A stretch of DNA of 64,000 bases from positions 352,001 to 416,000 of the forward strand of contig CAWHVC010000003.1 of NCBI GenBank assembly GCA_963832745.1, in the 5' to 3' direction. A program made the translations under genes and the position numbers. Source of the DNA: Candidatus Bathyarchaeota archaeon. GTDB lineage: Archaea; Thermoproteota; Bathyarchaeia; Bathyarchaeales; Bathycorpusculaceae. Every line of letters starts with the position of its first letter. Position 1 is the stretch's first letter. Below the pieces are notes generated by a model. It was given only the letters and a program-made list of their open reading frames with translations, made no database searches and had not been told where the DNA came from. Below, one piece after another: positions 30,397-39,344 of the stretch.

Positions 30397-30783
30397 GTGG
30401 CTCCTTTCTTAGCAGTTTTCGCGTTATCGTTTGCTGTAATTTCGGTTCCAATCGCTGGAGAATTCAGTTTAGCCACTTCGCTACTTTTCAGTTTAGGCTA
30501 CGCATGGTGCTTCTCCGCGCCACTGCTGCTTACTGGAACACGCAACCTTAGGCATCAGCAACTGCAAACAGTCAAAGCTTCAAACGGCAAAAAGATTGGC
30601 TTGGCAGTTTCCGCAGTTGCATTGACAGCACTTTCTGTCTGGGGTATCCAGTCAGTGTTTTCTCAAGTTAATGGTGTTGCGTCGGCCTACTTGTCGATTG
30701 TGTCAGTGCTCTTTGTCAGCGTCTTTGCAGCAACCGTTTATTTTCAAAAAAGCCGTAACACCGGTTTTTCACCAACCTATTAG
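30397..30783 (+). CDS. Small membrane protein (about 4 TM)
   Basis: Hydrophobic ORF; the frame stays open upstream to 30334. Confidence 0.6.
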   Translation: MAPFLAVFALSFAVISVPIAGEFSLATSLLFSLGYAWCFSAPLLLTGTRNLRHQQLQTVKASNGKKIGLAVSAVALTALSVWGIQSVFSQVNGVASAYLSIVSVLFVSVFAATVYFQKSRNTGFSPTY

Positions 30784-30863
30784 GATCCAAATAGAGGTTC
30801 TATATTGAAACCTATAGGGGGTAGGTCGCTATTGATACTTTTTCAAGCCATTAATATGTTGAA
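30770..30863 (+). repeat. Dispersed non-coding repeat, copy 2 (short form with internal deletion)
   Basis: CACCAACCTATTAGGATCCAAATAG...CCTATAGGGGGTAGGTCGCTATTG...CATTAATATGTTGAA. Supplies the TAG stop of the upstream ORF. Confidence 0.8.
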
Positions 30864-30923
30864 AAACACATTTCTAGAAAAATTAATCCGTCATAGCGCG
30901 AACTAGCCTTTTGGTGATGATGC

Positions 30924-31118
30924 ATGCCTTTTGTACAGGTTTCTGTGTGGGCGGGAATAAGCCCTGAAAACAAGAAAAAAGTTGTTGAAGGAATAACAAA
31001 AACCTTTGAAAGCATAGGTATTCCAAGCCAAGCAATCCATGTTGCTATTTTGGAGATTCCACAGCAAAATTGGGCAACTGGCGGTAAGTTGCATTCAGAA
31101 ACGCCTCCCCCTGTGTAG
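30924..31118 (+). CDS. 4-oxalocrotonate tautomerase family protein
   Basis: Catalytic Pro1 (MPFVQV), EIPQQNWATGG, 64 aa. Confidence 0.9.
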   Translation: MPFVQVSVWAGISPENKKKVVEGITKTFESIGIPSQAIHVAILEIPQQNWATGGKLHSETPPPV

Positions 31119-31245
31119 TATTGAAAGCAAAATTTTTTGCTTCCTCATTTTTGTCGCTTATCTTGTTAAGAATTTTTTGGTATTTTGTTCTTTACCTTAT
31201 TTGGGATAGCAGGCTGCGTTTTATGGTTTAATTGGTGATTAGGCA

Positions 31246-31857
31246 TTGTCAAAACGCTTAGAAGAACGTGAGACAACACGTCTCGAAACGTTCAGCGACG
31301 GCATTTTTGCTTTTGCAATGACCCTCTTAGTGCTTGGACTATACGACCCTATCACACGCGGCTACTCGAACCTGCTTCAAGGTTTAATAAATGAGTGGCC
31401 CAGTTTTCTTGCACTATCAACCAGTTTCTTGACAATTCTTGTAATGTGGATGAACCACCATAACATGTTTCTCTATGTTAAAAAAATTAATCGCCGCTTC
31501 ATGTTCCTAAACGGGCTGCTGCTTCTGTTCATTACCTTGACACCGTTTACCACTTTGCTGGTTTCTGAGCATCTGTTGACTTCAAACGCTATGACGGCAG
31601 CTGCATTGTATGCTGGAACTTTTTTTATGCTTTCTGTTGTTTGGAACGTTTTATGGCATCATGCAGCTGACCATTACCGGTTGTTGGGTAAAGGTATTTC
31701 TGAAGCATACGTTACCCGTATAAAACATCAATACTCTGTTGGACCCTTCTTGTATGGTGTTGCGTTTTTGGTTGCTTTTGTAAGTGGGGTTGCAACTTTG
31801 ATTCTTGTGATTTTGGTTGCCGCTTATTATGGAGTAACCGCTACAATAACAGATTAA
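31246..31857 (+). CDS. TMEM175-family potassium channel
   Basis: RLETFSDGIFAFAMTLLVL and WMNHH. Confidence 0.88.
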   Translation: MSKRLEERETTRLETFSDGIFAFAMTLLVLGLYDPITRGYSNLLQGLINEWPSFLALSTSFLTILVMWMNHHNMFLYVKKINRRFMFLNGLLLLFITLTPFTTLLVSEHLLTSNAMTAAALYAGTFFMLSVVWNVLWHHAADHYRLLGKGISEAYVTRIKHQYSVGPFLYGVAFLVAFVSGVATLILVILVAAYYGVTATITD

Positions 31858-31859
31858 AG

Positions 31860-32120
31860 CTAAACTTCGTTTTTGTTCTTTTTGTTTAATTCACGCCTAA
31901 CCAGAAGTGTTGCCCCTACAACTAGAAGCGAAACTACGGCAGCTAAGCCCAACCATTGAAGAGACCAAACCAGTTGGCTTGTTTGATTAGCCTGCGGCAA
32001 AGGCAACGGCATTGATGATTCTTCCGAAGGAAAAAGCGTGAATGTTGCTTCGGCCAGTAGCAGGGCTAACAGTACCGCTAAAATTGTTGCCATTAACATT
32101 TTTGTTTTTAAGCCGACCAA
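31860..32120 (-). CDS. Small two-TM membrane protein
   Basis: Two hydrophobic helices and a basic tail; divergent from the HTH gene. Confidence 0.5.
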   Translation of the reverse strand: MVGLKTKMLMATILAVLLALLLAEATFTLFPSEESSMPLPLPQANQTSQLVWSLQWLGLAAVVSLLVVGATLLVRRELNKKNKNEV

Positions 32121-32368
32121 CTTGTTGCTTCTCTCAATTTGCCTGTAGTGGTTCCTGCAGTATTTAACAGTATTTTAGTAAGTGACTGTACTATTTTTTA
32201 TACACTTTTTTTCCAGCAGCTAAACGTCTGGTTCTTTAATGGTAACAGGTAAAAAGGGTAGTTCTTAAATTGTTGATTTAATCTAATTCTTTCTGCGAGG
32301 GGGTAAAGAAGTTAACTGAAGGTTCAGCTGATATTTTAAAGGGAACAACTCTTGATATTTACCGGTTA

Positions 32369-32731
32369 ATGCTAAAATCAAACAAGCCTCTGGGCATACG
32401 GGAAGTCCAGCGTGCACTAAACTTAAGCAGTCCCTCAGTCGCACAGTATCACCTATCAAAACTTGAGCAAGCAGGACTCGTAAAAAGAGACGTTGGAAAC
32501 TATGTTGTAAACCGTGTCCTACTGGAAAGTTTTGTTAAAATCAACCGTTTCCTTATCCCGCGTTACCTGTTTTACTCAGTCTTCTCACTGGTCATTCTTG
32601 TTTTGGAACTTACAATTCTTAAACCAACAGTTTTTAGCTCTTACTATTTCTTTTATGCAACAGCAACCTTAGTGTTCTTCCTAATCTTTTGTTACGAAAC
32701 CGTTAGAGTATGGCTTAAAGGCAACCTATAA
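32369..32731 (+). CDS. Winged-HTH regulator with C-terminal TM helices
   Basis: GIREVQRALNLSSPSVAQYHLSKL plus two TM helices. The true start is probably upstream (see findings). Confidence 0.8.
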   Translation: MLKSNKPLGIREVQRALNLSSPSVAQYHLSKLEQAGLVKRDVGNYVVNRVLLESFVKINRFLIPRYLFYSVFSLVILVLELTILKPTVFSSYYFFYATATLVFFLIFCYETVRVWLKGNL

Positions 32732-32862
32732 CAAGCCAACTTTAAACAAACTAAAATTTTTGTTAACAATTTTATCATGCTTTTTTTGGTTTCTTTAGGT
32801 AAGGGTTAAATGTCAAGGTCGCACATGCATACTTTAATAATCCGTAAAGGTTTGGTTAAAGA

Positions 32863-33478
32863 AATGCAATCCGCTAAATCAGGAAGGGCATTCGTTTCAG
32901 TTGACCCAAGCAAATGCATCGGATGTGGACTTTGCGAGTTTGCTTGCACCTTAGAGAAAGGCGAGCAGGTTTGGAACCCAATCCGTTCAAGAATCCGTGT
33001 AGTCCGCATGGCACCCATGTTCAATTTTGCTTTATCATGCCGCGGATGCGATGACGCAAGATGCGTAAAATCATGCCCCGAAAAAGCAATCACCCAATCA
33101 GAAACTAACCACCTGCTAATTATTGACGAAAAGAAATGCAAAGGCTGCGACTGGTGCGTTCAAGCTTGCCCACGCGGTGGAATCACCATTCACACTGGCA
33201 CAGGGAAAGCTATAGCATGCAACCTCTGCGAAGGCGAACCTAAATGTGTTGAAATATGCCCTGAAGATGCACTAGAAATTGTTAGTTCTGACGAAGAAGC
33301 AGATAAACGCTTTAACGATGCATTGGAAAATCTGCCTGCAGTAACAGAAAAACTGGCGACACAAATAAAGAATCGTGAATGGAAGCCACTGCTTGCTACT
33401 TCAGAGCAACGTACACAAAAAATTACTGAGAAGCTTCAATCCTTAAACAAGAAAGCACTCGAGAAACAACACAAATAA
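32863..33478 (+). CDS. 4Fe-4S dicluster ferredoxin-like protein (DmsB/HycB type)
   Basis: CIGCGLCEFAC, CRGC...C...CP, CKGCDWCVQACP and CNLC...C...CP. Confidence 0.88.
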
Positions 33479-33503
33479 TCCTCTCTTTTAACCGGTTTCT
33501 TTT

Positions 33504-34370
33504 TTATTTACTGTTTACAAGTGGCTTTTCCCCTTCAAAACCTCTTAAGAGGTTATCAATGTCTGCCCCGTTTTTTTCGCCCATATAGCCGCCTTCAAAC
33601 ACAAAAAACGTTGATTTGCCTAATTTTGCAATCCGTTGTCCAATCTGGTAAAAACTTTTTTCAGTAAGTGCCAACGAGGCTAAATCGCCCAAGTGCGTGT
33701 CACAGCCGACTGAAACTGCCAACACTTCAAACTCGCCCAAATCAACCATGCCCAAAGCTTCATCCAAAGTACTAAGATAAACGTCTTCTCCACAATCGCT
33801 TGGCAGTCCATAATTAATGCAGTTGCCTTCGGTTAATGCGCCCGTTCCAGGGTAATTAGGTGACTGATGCACTGAAACATAAGAGACTTTGGGGTCGCCT
33901 TGAAAAACTTCTTGTGTGCCATTGCCATGGTGCCCATCAATATCTAAAATCAACGTAGGTTTATTGAGTTCTTTTACGGCAATTGCAATGTTGTTTAGAT
34001 AACAGAATCCTCGTGTGTAAACTCCAAGCGCAGCTCCGTACCTGCCAACATGATGTCCCGGAGGCCGCGTTAATGAGAAACCGTTGATTTTTGACGCTAA
34101 AATTGCTCCGCCGACTGAAAGTCTTGCGTACTCAAAAATTTTGTCATACGCGGGCGTATCGGTGTCTTCAACTAAGCCTTTTTTTAGGTTCCAAAGGTAC
34201 TCGGGGTCATGAACCGACATTATCTGGTCTTCTGTTGCAGGTTTTGGTTCAACGAATTCGTAGCCGCGGTCAAAAAGAATGTCTTTTGCAACTTTAACTC
34301 GTTGGGGTCCTTCAACATGCCAGGTGCCGTAGCCTAAGCATTTGTCTGAGTAGACAATCCTTGTTTTCAT
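33504..34370 (-). CDS. Histone deacetylase family (AcuC/HDAC) protein
   Basis: RPPGHH, GFCYLNN, DIDGHHGNGTQ and EGGY. Confidence 0.92.
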   Translation of the reverse strand: MKTRIVYSDKCLGYGTWHVEGPQRVKVAKDILFDRGYEFVEPKPATEDQIMSVHDPEYLWNLKKGLVEDTDTPAYDKIFEYARLSVGGAILASKINGFSLTRPPGHHVGRYGAALGVYTRGFCYLNNIAIAVKELNKPTLILDIDGHHGNGTQEVFQGDPKVSYVSVHQSPNYPGTGALTEGNCINYGLPSDCGEDVYLSTLDEALGMVDLGEFEVLAVSVGCDTHLGDLASLALTEKSFYQIGQRIAKLGKSTFFVFEGGYMGEKNGADIDNLLRGFEGEKPLVNSK

Positions 34371-34466
34371 GTCTCTCTGCCATTAGACAGATAAGCATCG
34401 GTTTCACATTTAAAATATAACCATAAAACAGTGATAAACGCCTGCTAACATGGAGAAAAAAAGACT

Positions 34467-36419
34467 TTGACAAATGAAAACCCGTTTGATTTGTTCCGCC
34501 AAGAATGCCGCGCCGCATTAGCGCAAGCCATAGAAAAGACCTTTCCAGACGCTGCCCTGCCAACTATCAACTTAAACAAAACTCCAAACATCGAGTTAGG
34601 CCAACTTGCTTCTTCACTGAGTTTTGAGTTGGCAAAAAAACTAAGCATGAAACCCCTCGCGGTCGCTGAGCAGCTTGTCAAAGCTATTGATAAGTCACGG
34701 TTTGATTTAATTGAAAAAATCGAAACCGCAGGTGCAGGCTACATAAATTTTTACATTAATTTCCTAAAGTTTTCCCAGTTAACATTAGAATCAATTAAAG
34801 CTCAAAGCAAAAGTTACGGTTACATAAAAACGGGAGCACCAACAAAAATCATAGTCGAACACACCAGCGTCAACCCCTTGCATCCAATTCATATCGGGCA
34901 AGCACGAAACCCCATGATAGGCGACACCCTTGCACGCATCCTAAAGCTGCGTGGTCACGACGTTTCAACCCACTACTATATTGATGATGTGGGTCGTCAA
35001 TCCAGCGTGGTCGCTTACGGTTATGAGAAGCTGGGCAGACCTAAACCAACCGAAAAACCGGACCTTTATGTAGGCAAAATCTACACAGTCACTTGTTGCA
35101 TCGTCGAAATCAGTCGGCTTAAAAAAGCAAAAGAAGCTGCAGTGGCGGCCAAATCATCAGATGATTTTGTCAAGGTAAACAAGGAACTTGATGAATGGAC
35201 ATCAATCGCGGCTGAACTAACAGAAAAATACCCTGTCCTCTTTGAAGCTTTACTAACAAAAATTAATGAAGATGAAAATCCAGAAGAAGAAATCAACCGC
35301 TTAAACCGCAAATACGAAGATGGCGAACCCAATGCTAAACAGCTTATTCGGGAAGTCAGCGATTTGTGCCTTGATGGTTTCCGCCAAACTCAAAGCCGCG
35401 TGTCGGTGCATTATGATTCTTGGGATTGGGAAAGCGATTTTGTTTGGAGCGGTCAAGTTAACGAAGTCATGGCTAAACTGAAAGCTTCGCCGTTTCTTTA
35501 CTTTGAAAACGGTGTATGGGAGTTTGACGCAAACAAAGTCGCAGACGTTATGCAGCTTAAACCGAAATTGAGCATGAAAGAAAACCATGAAATCCCACCC
35601 TTAACTTTGATGCGTGCTGACGGAACCACTCTTTACACGACCCGTGATGTTGCTTACAGTGTTTGGAAGTTCCAGCGTGCAGATAAAGTCATTAATGTTA
35701 TTGGTATGGAGCAGTCTTTGGCGCAGTTACAACTTAAAGTGGCGCTTTACGCTTTAGGCTACACCAAAGAAGCAGAAAACTTTGTCCATTTTGCATATAA
35801 CTTGGTGTCGTTGCCTGGTTACAAGATGAGTAGCCGTCGTGGACATTACATCACTTTTGACCAAGTCCTCGACGATGCAGTTGAACGTGCTTATCAGGAA
35901 GTTTGCAAACGTTCACCCATGTTTACTGAAGAAGAGAAACGCAGCATCGCCAACTTTGTCGGCATCGGCGCCGTCCGCTACGCCTTAGTTGATGTGGACC
36001 CGGGCAAACAAGTTGTTTTCACTTGGGACCGCGTGCTTAACTTTGAAACCAACAGCGCCCCCTACGTGCAGTACACTCATGCAAGAGCCTGTAGCATCCT
36101 GCGAAAAGCCGCCGTCGACAACACAACTGCCCCAGCTTTTGAAAAGTTAACTGAAAAACTTGAACGAGAACTAATCCTGCAACTCGCTGGGTTCCCAGAC
36201 ATGTTCATAGAAGCCACAGAATACCTTAAACCAAGCATGATAGCTGACTACGCAAACGCGCTTGCAGACAAATTCAACACTTTCTACAATGCGTTACCAG
36301 TCATTAAGGCTGAAACTTCCGAGCTTAGTAGTGCACGTTTAGCTTTGACTGATGCCATCCGAACAGTGCTAAGCAATGCTTTGGCGTTGATTGGGGTTAT
36401 TGCACCCGAACGCATGTAA
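34467..36419 (+). CDS. argS: Arginine--tRNA ligase
   Basis: EHTSVNPLHPIHIGQARN, KMSSRRG and YVQYTHAR. Confidence 0.97.
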   Translation: MTNENPFDLFRQECRAALAQAIEKTFPDAALPTINLNKTPNIELGQLASSLSFELAKKLSMKPLAVAEQLVKAIDKSRFDLIEKIETAGAGYINFYINFLKFSQLTLESIKAQSKSYGYIKTGAPTKIIVEHTSVNPLHPIHIGQARNPMIGDTLARILKLRGHDVSTHYYIDDVGRQSSVVAYGYEKLGRPKPTEKPDLYVGKIYTVTCCIVEISRLKKAKEAAVAAKSSDDFVKVNKELDEWTSIAAELTEKYPVLFEALLTKINEDENPEEEINRLNRKYEDGEPNAKQLIREVSDLCLDGFRQTQSRVSVHYDSWDWESDFVWSGQVNEVMAKLKASPFLYFENGVWEFDANKVADVMQLKPKLSMKENHEIPPLTLMRADGTTLYTTRDVAYSVWKFQRADKVINVIGMEQSLAQLQLKVALYALGYTKEAENFVHFAYNLVSLPGYKMSSRRGHYITFDQVLDDAVERAYQEVCKRSPMFTEEEKRSIANFVGIGAVRYALVDVDPGKQVVFTWDRVLNFETNSAPYVQYTHARACSILRKAAVDNTTAPAFEKLTEKLERELILQLAGFPDMFIEATEYLKPSMIADYANALADKFNTFYNALPVIKAETSELSSARLALTDAIRTVLSNALALIGVIAPERM

Positions 36420-36435
36420 CTTTCCTCTTCTACAA

Positions 36436-36573
36436 TTCAACATGTTAATGGCGCGTTTTTTAGCCAATAGCACCTACCCCCCTTAGTGATTGCTGTTTTC
36501 ACAAGTTTTTTGAGTTTCTACCTACCCTATAGGTTCTGCATATTATTTCTAATAGGATCCAAATAGGTTGGTG
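36436..36573 (-). repeat. Dispersed non-coding repeat, copy 3
   Basis: Reverse complement reads CACCAACCTATTTGGATCCTATTAG...CCTATAGGGTAG...CACTAAGGGGGGTAGGTGCTATTGG...CATTAACATGTTGAA. Confidence 0.85.
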
Positions 36574-36582
36574 GAGAAGTGT

Positions 36583-36637
36583 TTGGTGCGGAGGGTGGGA
36601 TTTGAACCCACGAACCCCTGCGGGATAGGAGCCTCAG
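36583..36637 (-). repeat. Outer att site: 3' part of tRNA-Leu from the anticodon loop to CCA
   Basis: Identical to 52742-52796; on the minus strand it starts exactly at the 7-nt anticodon loop CTGAGGC. Confidence 0.95.
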
Positions 36638-36691
36638 GGCGCTTTGCGCCAGTCTCTTTGATGATGCCATACGGGTGCAACGTTTACCCGT

Positions 36692-37039
36692 TTGAATTAT
36701 GACGAGTTTAAGGCGGTCTTTATAGGCAATAGCAAAAAAGTATTCATCAGCTATATCCCATCTGAAATAGGTGAAAGAATTGCAAAGGGCAATACTGTCA
36801 ATTACGATCGGGTGCAGAAGCTAGCGGAGTGTCATTTGAAAAGACTCTGTTACGCTGATTTGCGTGAACTTTTCGCTTCGTTATCGGTCAAAAATTTGAA
36901 GCAACCTGAAATCGATTTCTTGCAAGGAAGAATAGCTGCTATCGTTTTTCTTAGAAATTACTTTAACCCTCAGTTCATAAATGATCTACAAAAAAGAGCA
37001 TTACAAAACGCTCGTGAAATGCTACCTTACAACTGGTGA
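36692..37039 (+). CDS. Hypothetical protein (115 aa)
   Basis: First ORF of a co-oriented four-gene cassette; no motif recognised. Confidence 0.5.
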   Translation: MNYDEFKAVFIGNSKKVFISYIPSEIGERIAKGNTVNYDRVQKLAECHLKRLCYADLRELFASLSVKNLKQPEIDFLQGRIAAIVFLRNYFNPQFINDLQKRALQNAREMLPYNW

Positions 37040-37088
37040 TATAGTAGACCTACGAAGACATTATATTACCCACAACTAAATACAAAAG

Positions 37089-38183
37089 GTGGAAAAAATG
37101 GTTACCAGTGAAGAACTCGATGCATTAGACGATATATGTTTCGTAACAATTGACCAGTTTCTTAGGAATCATAACTTATCCGTTTTGGACAACAGATTGC
37201 TTGCAAATTACAAGGGTGAATTGGATGCTATTGCTGTAATGAGAGATATTTGGCTTAAAGAAATGCAAGCATCTCCTGAAAAACTAATAGATGTCTATGA
37301 ACAAACAAACGACCGCAAAAAAGTCATACATTATGAGAATCTTGTTGATGCTACACTAATCAATTTTGCAGCAGAACTTTTTGCCTCCATTCTTGGCGGG
37401 ATTATAAGCGGCATTATTGTGGCAGAATACTCAGAAAATCGAAAAAAGATCTACACAGGGATTAAGAAACTTTACAGAAAACCAATAGACAAGTTAAATG
37501 AAGCGGCGGGTAAAGTTTATGAAAAGTACGAAAAAGCCTTGAGGTATATCTTCCGTGCTTTGATACTGAAGAGTTATACTGAAAAACGCCAACTTCCATT
37601 TGACCAATATTTGCATGTTAGAGAAAGCATACGCCAAGAAGTTTATGGGTCTTCAAAGGCAAACTTGTCAAACGAGTTTGAGCAGTTCGAGAGATGTTTC
37701 CTATTTAATCACGGCTTACTAGATATGAAAGATTCGTTTGCCCAAAAGATTGCATTTGAACTAATCAAAAATTCAATTGATACAGACATTCCCAGTAGGA
37801 GTAAAACGCTTATCTCACAGACATCAGAGATTAGTCCAAAAGATTTTGATTCATACGAAGTAATTTTAACTGGTCTTGGGTGCGGAAAAAAAGGCATCGC
37901 CGCTGGCGAGGTTGCACTTGTTCTCTCTTACGATGATTGTCAAAACGTAAAATTAGGGGACGTCATGGTTTTTCATGAAATGAACCCAGACTATGTAGAG
38001 GCAGCAAGACGTTCGTCAGCTTTAATTGCAGAGGTGGGAGGTTTAACGTCTCACACCTCAATAATTGGTAGAGAACTAATGAAACCTGTAATCGTTAGCG
38101 CTGAAAATGCCACAACAATACTAAGAAACAGAGAAAAAATAATTGTTGATTCGACCAAAGGTGTTGCCTTTGCCCAAACATAA
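37089..38183 (+). CDS. Protein with a C-terminal PEP-utilising-enzyme mobile (phosphohistidine) domain and an unknown N-terminus
   Basis: GDVMVFHEMNPDY...GGLTSHTSIIGRELMKPVIV...VDSTKG. N-terminal hydrophobic helix FAAELFASILGGIISGIIVA. Confidence 0.8.
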   Translation: MEKMVTSEELDALDDICFVTIDQFLRNHNLSVLDNRLLANYKGELDAIAVMRDIWLKEMQASPEKLIDVYEQTNDRKKVIHYENLVDATLINFAAELFASILGGIISGIIVAEYSENRKKIYTGIKKLYRKPIDKLNEAAGKVYEKYEKALRYIFRALILKSYTEKRQLPFDQYLHVRESIRQEVYGSSKANLSNEFEQFERCFLFNHGLLDMKDSFAQKIAFELIKNSIDTDIPSRSKTLISQTSEISPKDFDSYEVILTGLGCGKKGIAAGEVALVLSYDDCQNVKLGDVMVFHEMNPDYVEAARRSSALIAEVGGLTSHTSIIGRELMKPVIVSAENATTILRNREKIIVDSTKGVAFAQT

Positions 38184-38246
38184 TGATGAAAAATTCGCAA
38201 GTATTTTATACAAATTAAACACAATAAGCTGTCCAAGAGAAAAAAA

Positions 38247-39344
38247 ATGAAAACATTTGAAATAGATTCGCTTCCTTTCGCTCTAGAGCTAATGCTTAAT
38301 GAATTTACCAAATTATCGTTAAAGAAAAAGTGGGGATCGATAAAGGTCATAACGCTTTTCTCTGAAACCTCCTTTGAAAATTTAGTTAAGAGAATAAACT
38401 CTTCAGACATGGAAGTTAAAAGCGATAAAGTAAATGATACCGATGGAACCACTTTATTTTCTTGCACTGCACTAAGAGTATTTAGAAGAAATGGTGAAGA
38501 AACAAAAATAACAGGCAACTTCTATGCAATCCAGAAAAAGCCTTTCTTGTATTTAATTACTGGAGAAAGAAATCCCTTTTTACCGAAAATACTTGCGCCT
38601 ATTGCAAAGAATTTTTACCCCGATGCTATCAGGACATTTATTACCTCTGAGGATTTACTCCAATTATTATCGGATTTTTCAACAACAAAAGGGATTGAAC
38701 TTCGATATACTGAATTTGTTTACAAAAGCATGTTTGAAAAAGCATTCACCGATAGAAGAAATGAAAAAAGAGGTGCCTTTGCTGAATATTCCCCTTATTT
38801 TATGGCGTTTAAGAAAGCTAGAGAACAAGGAGGACGCGTTGACCGAATCAAGGTTTTTGGAGGAGGCAATTCATTTAGTATCTCACGAAGCGGGATTATC
38901 AAAATATATTCAGGAGTTTTCACCAATTTTTATCAATTCTTTATGGCAAGAATCGGCACAATTTCAGTTGAGCGATGGAAAGTTTTCGAAAAGAGAGCTA
39001 GATCAGAAACCCCCAATAAAATACCTAGACCTGTTTTAGTAAATTTTGATACGAACGTTTTTGATGATATCGCCGAGAGAAAGCTACTAATCAAAATTTT
39101 AGCAGAGTACAGTAATTGTGAATATTCAATCATACATGGCGGAAACCCACATGTTTACGTTGCCATCCTTGACAAAACGGATAACTCCTCTTTTACGGTT
39201 AGAACCTACGAAAATAATTCACTCTTGCTTACACCACAAATTAGAACAACAAAATCTTCGCTAGTTAGATTTTCCAAGTTCCTGTTGGATCGGTTCCAAG
39301 AAGGAATACCCGCGGAGTTCCAAATTGAGGGTGCTGTAACTTGA
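38247..39344 (+). CDS. Hypothetical protein (365 aa), coupled to the downstream nuclease gene
   Basis: Long ORF whose TGA stop overlaps the TTG start of the next gene by 4 nt. Confidence 0.75.
   Translation: MKTFEIDSLPFALELMLNEFTKLSLKKKWGSIKVITLFSETSFENLVKRINSSDMEVKSDKVNDTDGTTLFSCTALRVFRRNGEETKITGNFYAIQKKPFLYLITGERNPFLPKILAPIAKNFYPDAIRTFITSEDLLQLLSDFSTTKGIELRYTEFVYKSMFEKAFTDRRNEKRGAFAEYSPYFMAFKKAREQGGRVDRIKVFGGGNSFSISRSGIIKIYSGVFTNFYQFFMARIGTISVERWKVFEKRARSETPNKIPRPVLVNFDTNVFDDIAERKLLIKILAEYSNCEYSIIHGGNPHVYVAILDKTDNSSFTVRTYENNSLLLTPQIRTTKSSLVRFSKFLLDRFQEGIPAEFQIEGAVT

Noticed and set aside
36583-36637. Possible second tRNA gene or split tRNA half
   Set aside because: It lacks the 5' half and any splicing flank. 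Identity to the tRNA 3' end marks it as an att site.
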